DNA of 64,000 nucleotides from contig CAVZKC010000004.1 of NCBI GenBank assembly GCA_963775795.1, positions 820,028 to 884,027 of the forward strand. Direction: 5' to 3'. Source of the stretch: an uncultured Actinomycetes bacterium (GTDB lineage Bacteria > Actinomycetota > Acidimicrobiia > IMCC26256 > DASPTH01). Positions within the stretch are counted from its first letter, which is position 1. Every line of letters starts with the position of its first letter. The translations under genes were made by a program, and so were the position numbers. Shown here piece by piece: positions 26,851 to 36,589 of this stretch. Below the pieces are notes generated by a model. It had not been told where the DNA came from. It ran no database searches and saw only the letters and a program-made list of their open reading frames with translations.

Positions 26851-26938
26851 TCGGGTCCGGGTGCGCTCGGAGCTGCATCGTTTACATTCGAGAGGTCCGT
26901 GCTGCCGGTACGTTCCGGGCACGTTCGAGGGGTGTGGC

Positions 26939-27223
26939 ATGGCGATCCGCGAAGCGGTCCGCGGTGGCTTCGCCGACGTGATGCTCGCCGACGGCACCAT
27001 GTTGAGCGAGCTCATCGACCCCGAGCGACGCGAGGTCGACCTGCGGGTGCTCTCCGACCCGTTGATCTACGAGCTCGAGATGGAGCGACTCTTCACCCGT
27101 ACGTGGATCATGGTCGGCCACGAGACCGAGGTCCCCGAGCCGGGCGACTTCGTGCTCCGGACCATTGGCGACGACGTGGTGATCGTGAGCCGCCAGGACG
27201 ACTGGTGGTCCCGCGGGACCTAG
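26939..27223 (+). pseudogene. N-terminal fragment of a Rieske aromatic-ring-hydroxylating oxygenase alpha subunit
   Basis: LSDPLIYELEMERLFTRTWIMVGHETEVPEPGDFVLRTIGDDVVIVSRQDD matches the region just before the Rieske CxH box. The ORF then ends (WWSRGT*) about 15 nt later. Confidence 0.6.
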
Positions 27224-27235
27224 ATGCTCGGTGCC

Positions 27236-27679
27236 TCATGGAGTCGAGAAGAGGTCGAACGGCTCGTCAGGCGAGCCGTCGCCGCTGCGAGCGCGTCGAC
27301 GTCCAGCGTCGGGTCCTTGTGACACGCGGACAGGCTCGGGTGGAGCGTCGATCCGGGAGACCGGGAGCCGCACCTCATAGCGACCGGCCGCAAAGCGCGA
27401 CGACGCGTCGCGGCTCGTGTGCGCCTCCACCAGCGAGGCGGCGCGCAACATCCCCAGCGCCGCCGCAGCACGGTCCTTGCCGATCCCCGACCGCGACCCG
27501 AGGTCACGGGCACTCGTCGTCGCAACCCACGTCCCGCCCGCGTCGCTACCAGTGAGGGCCAGGGCCTCGAGGACCGACCACGCCACCGCACTCAGCTCTC
27601 GTCGAGCCGCCATCGAAGCGCTGTCGACTTCGAGCGTTAGCGCCTCGCCATGGAGCATGATCCGGATCCCGGCGTTCAC
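27236..27679 (-). CDS. winged-helix DNA-binding protein of a mobile-element module (replication/regulatory type, unknown family)
   Basis: 147 aa, 4-nt overlap with the excisionase gene. wHTH-like segment WVATTSARDLGSRSGIGKDRAAAALGMLRAASLV. Confidence 0.5.
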   Translation of the reverse strand: MNAGIRIMLHGEALTLEVDSASMAARRELSAVAWSVLEALALTGSDAGGTWVATTSARDLGSRSGIGKDRAAAALGMLRAASLVEAHTSRDASSRFAAGRYEVRLPVSRIDAPPEPVRVSQGPDAGRRRARSGDGSPDEPFDLFSTP

Positions 27680-27876
27680 GACACGGACGGCAGCTCAGCC
27701 ACCAAACCCAGCAGAGACTCGATCGCGTGCTTGGGCACCACGATCCGCCGGCCCAGCCGAACATGGGCAAGGTCGCCCCGGGTGACGAGCTCGTACGCAT
27801 GCGTCCGAGCGATACCGAGTAGGCGCGCCGCCTCGGGCACGGTCACCACGAGTGCCTTCCGATCAGAACCCGTCAT
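27676..27876 (-). CDS. excisionase/MerR-type helix-turn-helix DNA-binding protein (Xis/AlpA family)
   Basis: 66 aa. LVVTVPEAARLLGIARTHAYELVTRGDLAHVRLGRRIVVP is the classic excisionase-family HTH. AAGGAG lies 8 nt before the ATG. Confidence 0.75.
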   Translation of the reverse strand: MTGSDRKALVVTVPEAARLLGIARTHAYELVTRGDLAHVRLGRRIVVPKHAIESLLGLVAELPSVS

Positions 27877-28008
27877 CTCACAAGCTCCTTGTCCGCTCCG
27901 TTGCTACATGTACGGCAGTGCCCCGAGCTGCGCTGATGCGAAGGGACCGGCCGTCACCTCCCTAGGCCGCTCGAAGGCCCAGAACTTCGCGAACGATCCG
28001 CGTGAGAG

Positions 28009-28080
28009 GGGAGGTCGAACGGGAGGTCGAACGGGAGGTCGAACGGGAGGTCGAACGGGAGGTCGAACGGGAGGTCAACG
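28009..28080. repeat. 12-bp perfect tandem repeat GGGAGGTCGAAC x5 plus one degenerate copy
   Basis: Read directly: five identical units at 28009-28068, then gggaggtcaacg. Lies between xis and the ABC-2 permease stop. Confidence 0.95.
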
Positions 28081-28389
28081 AGAACCGCCTGGCGAGCGGC
28101 GGGCATGCGGGATCACGGAGGCCTACCGTGATGAGCGCGCCGGAACCGCCCTCGGGCTGATGGCTCCTACTCGGTGCACACACCAGTCGTTGCTCGTCCG
28201 CAACGGGGCTGGTCCAAGTGGGTGCGTGCGCAGGGACCCCCGATGAGAGTCCATGCGCCGATCCAAGGAACGTCGGAGCACTCTCAGGATCACATCGTCG
28301 GCGACACCCATCACGAGGAGGAAGTCGGGAACGAGGTCGATGGGCATTAACACGTAGCTGATCGGGCGCAGGCAGAACGCTGCCGCCTG

Positions 28390-29207
28390 TCAGGAGAGGA
28401 TGTCTTTTCGGTTGAACCACCACCACGCGATGACCAACGGCACGACGATGTAGGGGATGACGAGGAGCGCGCCGCGCAGCATGTCGTTGGTGGGGCCAGT
28501 GCCGCGAATGAACATGGTGGTCCAGGCATCGAAGTGGTGCGTGGGGAATGCTGACCGGATTCGTCCGAGGGCGCTGATGCCATCGAGAACCTGGGACACG
28601 ATGTAGATGCCGATCGCCGAGAAGATCGCGCCGGCCGGGGTATCGGTCATGGTCGAGGCCATGAATCCGAATGCGATGGCCGGCGTGAGGCTCCACAGGA
28701 CGTAGACGGTGGCGAGGGCCAGGCTTGCGAGGATGTGGGTGCTGGATTCGGGCGGGGCGCCGGAGATCTGGAGCGGGTGCCAACCGAAGGCGACGCCGCC
28801 GAGGGCGAGACCGGTGAGTGGGACGAGTGTCGCGGCCACCACGGCGAGCAGCGCCGCGCTCGCGAGCTTGACGGTGAGGAGCCGGGAACGGGTGATGGGT
28901 CGGACGAGCATTGCGCGCAGGTTTCCCCAGCTGGCCTCGGAGGCGATCGCGTCGCCGGCGAAGACGGCGACGACCACCACGAGGAGGAATCGGCTCAGGA
29001 AGAACAATGATGCGACACCGAGGTACAGGCCCGTCTTGGTGGCCAGGTAGGCGTAGGCGTCTTCTGCGTCGTTGGGATTGGGCGACGGTGGGTTGGATTT
29101 CAGGGCGATGGTGAAGATCAGTGGGATCAGGACGAGGATGCCCAACGCGATGTAGGTGCGCGGTCGGCGCCATTGCTTGAACATCTCGGTGCGAAACAAG
29201 GCAACGG

Positions 29208-29211
<4 letters not shown>
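28390..29211 (-). CDS. ABC-2 type exporter permease
   Basis: GTG 29211 overlaps the ATPase stop (GTGA). 273 aa, 6 TM helices, typical ABC-2 layout. Confidence 0.8.
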
Positions 29212-30122
<911 letters not shown>

Positions 30123-30125
30123 AGC

Positions 30126-31205
30126 TCACGCACCGTACTGGGGCGCGAGTGCCGTTCCTGGGTCGTACAGCCTCGGGATCGCGGGCGGTTGATCGGCGTT
30201 CATCGTTGGCATCGGGGTGCGGCGGATCCACCACCAGGCCGTCCCCGCGGCGCCGAAGGGGATCTCCATCCAGCGGGTGAAGGTGCTGTACAGGATCACG
30301 CCGGCAGCCGCGGCGGCCGGATTCGCTCCGAACGCGACGAGCAGGCCGGCGGTGCCGGCCTCGGCGAAGCCCACGCCGCCCGGGGTCAGGGGAACCAGGG
30401 TGAGTGCTGCTCCGGTGGCGTAGGCCGCGAACACGCCGATCGGCGAGACCGTGCCACCGACGCACACCAGGCAGAGGTACAGCAGCGTGGCCTGGAGCAG
30501 GACGTAGACCGACATCCCCAGGCTCATGCGCCGCCATGACCGCCGTACCACCTGGCCAACCTCGGTCCGCAGTGCGGCGATCACCTCGTGCGCGGGATGC
30601 CCGGCGAGACGCGACAACGCCGCAGTGGCGGTGCGCTGGAACGGACCGGGATCGCGGTTCCCAGGGTTGCGGGTCGCGAGGCGTACGGCGAAGGCGATCC
30701 CGACGAACGCGAACATGCTTATGAACGCGACCGGAAGGAGGCCGTGGGCCTTGTGATCGGTGCACGCGACCAGCAGCGCGAGCGCGAGTGCAGGGAGCAG
30801 CAGCCTGACCAATGCGTTCCACGCGTTGTTCAACAGCACGAGCACGGTGAAGTCGCTGCCGTCGTAGCCCCATGAGCGCAGCATCGTGAAGTTGAGGCCC
30901 ATCCCCAGCACTCCACCGAACGGAGCCAGGTGCGAGACCGTGCTCCCGCTGAAGTTGAGGACCAGCGCGCGGCGGTGGGACAACCCCGGTAGCGCTCCGG
31001 TGGTGACGTAGGTGTGGACGAAGAGCCCGCCAAACCAGATGGCGCCGAGCAATCCGAGCTGCACCAGCGTGAGCTGCTGGAACCGTGCGCCGACGGTCGA
31101 CCAGGCGGTGTGTGTCGTGAGCGGAACGAGCACGAGGGGCAGCGCCAACGCCACGACGCCACCGAGCAGCGTGAGTGCAGTGCGTGCGAGGCGAAGACGG
31201 CTCAC
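30126..31205 (-). CDS. MprF-like LPG_synthase_TM/UPF0104 flippase-like membrane protein
   Basis: GTG 31205 overlaps the PIG-L stop (GTGA). About 8 TM helices and the C-terminal LVPLTPGGVGFAEAG motif characteristic of this family. Confidence 0.7.
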   Translation of the reverse strand: MSRLRLARTALTLLGGVVALALPLVLVPLTTHTAWSTVGARFQQLTLVQLGLLGAIWFGGLFVHTYVTTGALPGLSHRRALVLNFSGSTVSHLAPFGGVLGMGLNFTMLRSWGYDGSDFTVLVLLNNAWNALVRLLLPALALALLVACTDHKAHGLLPVAFISMFAFVGIAFAVRLATRNPGNRDPGPFQRTATAALSRLAGHPAHEVIAALRTEVGQVVRRSWRRMSLGMSVYVLLQATLLYLCLVCVGGTVSPIGVFAAYATGAALTLVPLTPGGVGFAEAGTAGLLVAFGANPAAAAAGVILYSTFTRWMEIPFGAAGTAWWWIRRTPMPTMNADQPPAIPRLYDPGTALAPQYGA

Positions 31206-32035
31206 GAAACCGGCTCCCGGGTCGCAGCGCCCAACCCAGCGAACACGTCGTCGAGATGGGGACGCATCGGCACGTGACCACGCTCGACGAACCACTCGTG
31301 GCCGAAGATCCACCGGAATGTGCGGCGCGGTAGGCGGAGGAACATGGCCAGCGTCCGGGGCCCGGTGCCGCCCGAGATCTGCGAGCCGTGTGCCGCCATC
31401 GCCGCGCGCTTCTGCTCGGCGAACGCGCGCACGTCGATGCGGTGCGTGATCACCTCACCGTGTGAGTACGCATGCATCAGCCGCTCGGGGCGGAACTCCG
31501 ACGGCAGCCCCGGGACGAGCCGGAGTAGCCGCGCGATCCGCACGAGCAGGCCTCGGTCGACGGTGGCCTCGAGAACGATCGGGGTCGACGCGAACGCGCC
31601 GGCTCGCTGGCCAACCTCGTGAACCTGGCGATGGTCCGGATGGCCGTAGCCGCCCGCGGGGTCGTAGGTCGTGAGGACGTCGGCGTCCTCGGCGCGCAGG
31701 ATCGCGGCGAGTCGCTCCGCGGCGGCATCCGGGTCGACTCGGGAGAACGCGTCCGGATCGTCGACCAATCCGTCCAAACCGGAGTCCGCGTACCCGAGCC
31801 ACTCGACGCGCGCGCAACCCAGGATCGTGGCCGCCATCCGGAGCTCTTCGAGGCGTAGCACTCCGAGCGCGGCTCGACCGAAGCCGGGAACGCCGGTGAG
31901 GCCCGCCTCACCGCGCGTGGCCACCACGAGGACAACCCGGTGCCCGTCCGCGGCGGCCTTGGCCATCGTTCCGCCGGTGAGCGCAGCTTCGTCGTCGGGG
32001 TGCGCGTGGAAGGCGACGAGCGTGCGGCGGATCAT
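31202..32035 (-). CDS. PIG-L/LmbE-family N-acetylglucosaminyl deacetylase
   Basis: VAFHAHPDDEA motif plus HPDH downstream. ATG overlaps the GT4 stop (ATGA). Confidence 0.85.
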   Translation of the reverse strand: MIRRTLVAFHAHPDDEAALTGGTMAKAAADGHRVVLVVATRGEAGLTGVPGFGRAALGVLRLEELRMAATILGCARVEWLGYADSGLDGLVDDPDAFSRVDPDAAAERLAAILRAEDADVLTTYDPAGGYGHPDHRQVHEVGQRAGAFASTPIVLEATVDRGLLVRIARLLRLVPGLPSEFRPERLMHAYSHGEVITHRIDVRAFAEQKRAAMAAHGSQISGGTGPRTLAMFLRLPRRTFRWIFGHEWFVERGHVPMRPHLDDVFAGLGAATREPVS

Positions 32036-33150
32036 GCACCGGCTCCCGCTCGGGAGAGGAGCTCGATTCCGACGCCACGTCGTGCCGGGACGCGCTGGAT
32101 CGCCGCGGCCCGTGCGTACTCACGCTCGGTGCTGGCGAGGGCGTCGGCCCATCCGAATGTCGGCGGGTGTACCCGGTTGTGGGCGGCGATGCTCTCCCGG
32201 GTGCCGGCGTCGGCGGTGAGCGCCGTGATCGCCGCCGCGAGGCCCCGGTCGTCATCGACGAGCAGACCTTCGCGGCCGTGACGGATGTACGTGCCGACGC
32301 CCGCCTGGGCCATGCCGATGACGGGAAGGCCCGCCGCGCGAGCTTCGAGCGCCGCGATGCCGAACGACTCGAGGCGCGCCGGAGCGACGAATACGTCGGC
32401 CCGACGGTAGAGCCGTCGGATCGCGCGGTGAGGCAGACGTCCGGCGAGGTGCACCCAGTCGCTCATCGCGGCGCGATCGATCGCGCGTTCGAGTGCTGCT
32501 CGCTGCGGCCCGTCGCCAACCACGACGGCCGTCATCCGGATCTCGGCGGGAACTGCGGCTCGGGCGCGCCGCAAGGCGCGGAGCAACGGCAGGGGGCGTT
32601 TTCGGGCGGCGAGACGGTTGACCGCCACGATCACGACATGGTCTGGATCGCGCCTGACCGGACTCACCTGCCATGCCTCGGTGTCGATGGCGTTGGGGAG
32701 CACGCTCACTGGGGTGGCGGGATCGACAAGACGCTGCAGCGGGCCCGCGGCCCGTTCGCTCACTGCCGTCCACGCGATGGGGAGCTGGGTCCAGTGGGTG
32801 GCGAGGTCGAGCGAGTGCAGCGGTGTGTGCGCGCCGTCGAGCAGCGAGTGCATGGTGACGAGGGTCGGGACGCCCGCTCGACTCGCGGCGACGGCTGCAC
32901 CGAACGCGAGTGGCGTGAACAGGCCCGCGTGGCAGTGGACCTGGTCGTACCCTCCACCGAGCACGGCGCGTTTGACCTCGCGTGCAGCGGAGGGTCGCGC
33001 GCGTGCGAGGCACGACCCATCGCCGCCGAAGGCGGTCACGATGTCGACATCGTGGCTTGCGGCTCGCTGGTGCTCGACGAGTCCCGCGACGTGGATCTCG
33101 ATGCCCCCGAGGCGAGGCAGGCAGAAGTCGGAGACATGGGCGATGCGCAC
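32032..33150 (-). CDS. GT4-family glycosyltransferase (PimA/MshA/PIG-A fold class)
   Basis: N-terminal MRIAHVSDFCLPRLGGIEIHV and C-terminal E-x7-E region (ESFGIAALEARAAGLPVIG). Confidence 0.85.
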   Translation of the reverse strand: MRIAHVSDFCLPRLGGIEIHVAGLVEHQRAASHDVDIVTAFGGDGSCLARARPSAAREVKRAVLGGGYDQVHCHAGLFTPLAFGAAVAASRAGVPTLVTMHSLLDGAHTPLHSLDLATHWTQLPIAWTAVSERAAGPLQRLVDPATPVSVLPNAIDTEAWQVSPVRRDPDHVVIVAVNRLAARKRPLPLLRALRRARAAVPAEIRMTAVVVGDGPQRAALERAIDRAAMSDWVHLAGRLPHRAIRRLYRRADVFVAPARLESFGIAALEARAAGLPVIGMAQAGVGTYIRHGREGLLVDDDRGLAAAITALTADAGTRESIAAHNRVHPPTFGWADALASTEREYARAAAIQRVPARRGVGIELLSRAGAGA

Positions 33151-33254
33151 GCGTCGATGTTCGGTCGGGGAGCCTGAACTGGCGCTGAACTGCGGGCGAA
33201 CGGCTGCTCGTCGGGTTCAGCGGCGATTCAGCCGCACCCCGGCACGATCACGGT

Positions 33255-34286
33255 GTGTATCCCGTGCGCACTGCTGGGTCGCTCCCGGTGCGACGTCGGG
33301 TGCGGCCACTGATCATTGGGGAGCTCGCGGTCGTCGCGTTGCTCCTGGTCGTCTACGACCGCGTCCGCGGAGTCGCGCACGTCCACCGGGCGGCGGCCGT
33401 CGCGCACGGTTGGGCAATCATCCATCTCGAGACCGCACTCCACCTGGGCGTCGAATCCACGGTCAACCAATGGCTCGCGGGTCACACACTGCTCGGCCGG
33501 ATCGCCGTCGACTACTACCAATACCTGCACGTCACGGTGGCTCTGTGCCTGCTCGTTGCCTGCTATGTGTTCCGGCCGTCGGTGTACCGCCCCGCGCGCA
33601 ACGCGCTGCTCATCGTCAATGCCGTGGGCCTCGCCATCTATCTGCTCTACCCGGTCGCACCGCCCCGCCTGCTGCCCGGAACCACGTTCCTCGACCTGGT
33701 GGCCCGGGCCGGCTTCGGGCCGACCCATGGCGGGCCGATCCCCATCAACGAGTACGGAGCCATGCCGTCGCTGCACCTCGCGTGGGCGGCCTGGGCCGCA
33801 CTCGTCGGGTTCGCCATCACCGAAGTGCTCTGGATACGCGGCCTCGTCGTCGTACATGTGTTCCTGACCGCGTTCGTCGTCGTCGGGACGGCGAACCACT
33901 ACCTCCTCGACGTCGTGATGGGTGTCGCACTCGCGGGCTTCGCCGGCGGGTCCGCCCTCCTCCTGCGGACAGGCACGATCGCCGGCCGGTCTCGGAGCGC
34001 CACATCAACGGAGGCGCTAGCGGACGCCGGAATCGATGTCGAGCGGTGCGAGGGCGAATGTGAGGTCGGCGACCCAGACGCTTCCGAGTATCCACCCGCC
34101 AAGGACATCCGTTGCCCAGTGCACGCCGAGGTAGACGCGCGACACGCCGACGAGGAACACGATCAGCGTCGCAGCGGTCCGGGTCAACAAGGACACGAGG
34201 CCGGAGCGGCCAATGACGGTGACCACGCCGGCGAGCGCGAAGTAGGTCGCTGCGACTTGGGTCGAATGGCCGGACGGGAACGCTGA
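33255..34286 (+). CDS. PAP2_3 / Aur1-Ipt1-like phospho(inositol)transferase-type membrane protein; C-terminal limit uncertain
   Basis: Motifs AMPSLHLAWA and GTANHYLLDVV. The ORF runs 270 nt into the convergent PAP2 gene, so the true 3' end is doubtful. Confidence 0.65.
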   Translation: MYPVRTAGSLPVRRRVRPLIIGELAVVALLLVVYDRVRGVAHVHRAAAVAHGWAIIHLETALHLGVESTVNQWLAGHTLLGRIAVDYYQYLHVTVALCLLVACYVFRPSVYRPARNALLIVNAVGLAIYLLYPVAPPRLLPGTTFLDLVARAGFGPTHGGPIPINEYGAMPSLHLAWAAWAALVGFAITEVLWIRGLVVVHVFLTAFVVVGTANHYLLDVVMGVALAGFAGGSALLLRTGTIAGRSRSATSTEALADAGIDVERCEGECEVGDPDASEYPPAKDIRCPVHAEVDARHADEEHDQRRSGPGQQGHEAGAANDGDHAGEREVGRCDLGRMAGRER

Positions 34287-34529
34287 CGAGAGCGGTTGTT
34301 GGAGGTGTATCCCGACGGGCGGCCGAGCGCGCTGCACGACCTCTTTGCTCAGGATGCTGAGGATCGATGCTCCGCCGACGGCGAGCGCGACGAACAGTGC
34401 GAGCCAACCTCGGGAGCAGATGACAAGAGCCACGGCAGCCGCGAAGGCGATCGGAATGACCACCGCGCTGCTTCCGAGCCAGGTGACGATCTGCATCGTG
34501 TGAGTCCACGTCGGCGTGCGGTGGTCCAC
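34017..34529 (-). CDS. PAP2-superfamily lipid phosphatase
   Basis: Acid-phosphatase motifs KEVVQRARP, SFPSGHS, SRVYLGVHWATDVLGG. Confidence 0.75.
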   Translation of the reverse strand: MDHRTPTWTHTMQIVTWLGSSAVVIPIAFAAAVALVICSRGWLALFVALAVGGASILSILSKEVVQRARPPVGIHLQQPLSSAFPSGHSTQVAATYFALAGVVTVIGRSGLVSLLTRTAATLIVFLVGVSRVYLGVHWATDVLGGWILGSVWVADLTFALAPLDIDSGVR

Positions 34530-34722
34530 GAATCAGCGGGTGATCTCGGCGTCGAACGCGGTTGAGCTGTCATGCGCCGACGCCAACTCGACGAGGGATC
34601 CCCAGCGCGACGGCGACAACGAACGCTCCGCCGAAGACAATGAAGACACGGAGAGCGACGCGTCGTGCATCGTGGGCGGGCATGAGATGAGCGTCTACGG
34701 CCGGGACCTGGGGATCCATTGA

Positions 34723-34992
34723 CTAGTTGGTCACATACGGCCAGAACACGATCACACCGATGGTCGCCGCGAGCCCAGAGGTCAACAGCGCTGCGGCCGC
34801 AGCGAGATCCTTCACGGCGCGGATGTCCTCGTCGTACTCCCGCTGGACGTAGTCGGCAAGCCTCTCGATCGACGTGTTCAGGATCTCGGACGTCATGACA
34901 ACACTTGCGCAGACAAGCAACACGGCCCAGCGCGTCGTCGACACATCGAGCGTCGCCGCGAGCACGAAAACGGCAAGGAACACTCCCACCAT
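34723..34992 (-). pseudogene. dgkA: DgkA-family diacylglycerol/undecaprenol kinase, N-terminally truncated
   Basis: SEILNTSIERLADYV...IRAVKDLAAAAALL is the DgkA core. Family-like sequence continues upstream of the ATG (RWLAGQGPNLRI) with no start codon before an in-frame TGA. 89 aa versus about 120 expected. Confidence 0.6.
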
Positions 34993-35114
34993 GATCCGCA
35001 GGTTGGGTCCCTGACCTGCGAGCCAGCGCGGCTGAACCGGCCGGATCCTCAGTCTTGCTTCAGCGCGCGTTCAGATTCGCTGCGCGATCCTGTGGGTCTG
35101 GGGAAGGAGCGCGC

Positions 35115-35792
35115 GTGCGCGTGCTGGTCGTCGAGGACGAGAAGAAGGTCGCGGCGGCGGTTCGGCGCGGGCTCGAGGCCGAGGGGTTCGCCGTCGATGT
35201 CGCACTCACCGGAACCGACGGGCTCTGGATGGCGACCGAGAGCACCTACGACGTGATCGTGCTCGACATCATGCTCCCGGGCATGAACGGGTTCGACGTG
35301 TGCGCGAAGGTCCGCGATGCCGGGATCTGGACACCGATCCTGATGCTCACGGCGAAGGACGGCGAGTACGACCAGGCCGAAGCCCTCGACACCGGCGCGG
35401 ACGACTACCTCACCAAACCCTTCTCGTTCGTCGTGCTCCTGGCCCGGATTCGTGCATTGCTCCGCCGGAGTGGCCGGTGGGAGCGGGTGATCCACCAGGC
35501 CGGCGACCTGTCGGTCGACCCGGCGACACATCGGTGCACGCGCGCCGGCGTCGACGTGAAGCTCACCGCCCGCGAGTTCGCAGTCCTGGAGTTCCTGATC
35601 CGCCGCCGAGGTGAGGTGGTGTCGAAGGCCGAGATCCTGGACAACGTCTGGGATTTCGCGTTCGACGGGGATCCGAACATCGTCGAGGTGTACATCCGCC
35701 ACCTGCGCACGAAGATCGACGAGCCGTTCGACCGCCAGGCGATCCACACGATCCGAGGAGCCGGCTATCGGCTCGATCCGGACGGCGGTTGA
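35115..35792 (+). CDS. OmpR/PhoB-family response regulator
   Basis: GGAAGGAG then GTG 35115. VLVVEDE...DVIVLDIMLPGMNG...LTAK receiver domain and winged-helix output (LTAREFAVLEFL...RGAGYRL). Confidence 0.9.
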   Translation: MRVLVVEDEKKVAAAVRRGLEAEGFAVDVALTGTDGLWMATESTYDVIVLDIMLPGMNGFDVCAKVRDAGIWTPILMLTAKDGEYDQAEALDTGADDYLTKPFSFVVLLARIRALLRRSGRWERVIHQAGDLSVDPATHRCTRAGVDVKLTAREFAVLEFLIRRRGEVVSKAEILDNVWDFAFDGDPNIVEVYIRHLRTKIDEPFDRQAIHTIRGAGYRLDPDGG

Positions 35793-35794
35793 GC

Positions 35795-35995
35795 ATGCGG
35801 CGTCGCCTCGCGACAGTCCGCGTGCGGATCACAGTGGTCGCAGTGCTCGTGGTGGGCCTCGCGCTCCTCGCCGGCGGCGCGTTGCTCCTCGTAACGTATC
35901 GGGCATCGCTCAAGAACGACGTGGAGACGGCTGCGCGTTTGCGCTCCCGCGACATCGGCGACGCGCTCACGAGCGGAGGGCTCACACCGACGGTC
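35795..35995 (+). pseudogene. sensor histidine kinase, N-terminal about 65 aa only
   Basis: ATG 35795 lies 3 nt after the RR stop. TM helix VRITVVAVLVVGLALLAGGALLLV and the start of a sensor region follow. Sequence then becomes the reverse complement of an integrase gene. No HisKA/ATPase domains. Confidence 0.6.
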
Positions 35996-35996
35996 T

Positions 35997-36402
35997 TGAA
36001 CGCTCGACGCAACACCGCATGCACATTGCGGATCGACTTCGGGGATAGATCCTCGCGAAGCTGCCCGTAGAAGCGATCGAGCATCGCCGGGGTCACCTTC
36101 GCCAACTTCGTGCTGCCGCGCACGGGGTTGATCTGACGGTCAATGATTCGGCGGTAGTCGTAGACCGTCGTCAGAGCCAGGTCCGGAGCTGCATGCTCGA
36201 GCCACGCCGCCAGCGCCTCGGCGACGGTCTTGCGCGGGTCGTCGACGTTGCCCGAGCGTGCCTCGATGATCAGCTGACGCTCGGCGTCCTCGGCGTCCCG
36301 CTTCGTGCCGTGCACGGTGCGTCGGACGCGTCGCTCTTTCCCCGTCGTTGTGTCTGTGCCGGCGTACACGACGACCCGCCAGGTGCCACGCGCTCGTATC
36401 AC
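35997..36402 (-). pseudogene. tyrosine integrase, N-terminal (arm-binding/SAM-like) about 135 aa only
   Basis: IRARGTWRVVVYAGTDTTTGKERRVRRTVHGTKRDAEDAERQL...KVTPAMLDRFYGQLREDLSPKSIRNVHAVLRRAFKT. The catalytic domain is absent and the reading frame runs into the antisense of the kinase fragment. Confidence 0.7.
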
Positions 36403-36498
36403 GGGCCCGAGGGTTATCCGGTGCCAAATCCGGTGCCAAGGCCCAGTTGAGAATCCAATAGGTCCCAGGTAGGGCGCATCTGACCAGGGACTCTGCGG

Positions 36499-36571
36499 TG
36501 GGCCGCCAGGGACTCGAACCCTGAACCTGCGGGTTAAAAGCCCGATGCTCTGCCAGTTGAGCTAGCGGCCC
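36499..36571 (-). tRNA. tRNA-Lys (anticodon UUU)
   Basis: GGGCCGC-TA-GCTC-AACTGGCA-GAGC-A-TCGGG-CTTTTAA-CCCGC-AGGTT-CAGGG-TTCGAGT-CCCTG-GCGGCCC-A. Full 73-nt cloverleaf folded by hand with one U-C mismatch at 27:43. No encoded CCA. Confidence 0.9.
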
Positions 36572-36589
36572 GTAAAACGGCTTGAGGTC

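Larger units (their letters stand above)
27236..28080 (-). mobile_element. remnant xis-wHTH module of an integrative element with adjacent 12-bp direct repeats; no cognate integrase adjacent
   Basis: Excisionase plus wHTH genes abut the truncated dioxygenase gene. A tandem repeat array lies about 130 bp upstream of xis. Confidence 0.5.

Noticed and set aside
28009-28080. 12-bp tandem repeat as a CRISPR array or as a coding (GRTG)n / (TSRS)n peptide repeat
   Set aside because: There are no spacers between repeats, so it is not CRISPR. The surrounding ORFs (27650-28246 plus strand, 27962-29173 minus strand) have no start context, motifs or protein-like composition outside the repeat.
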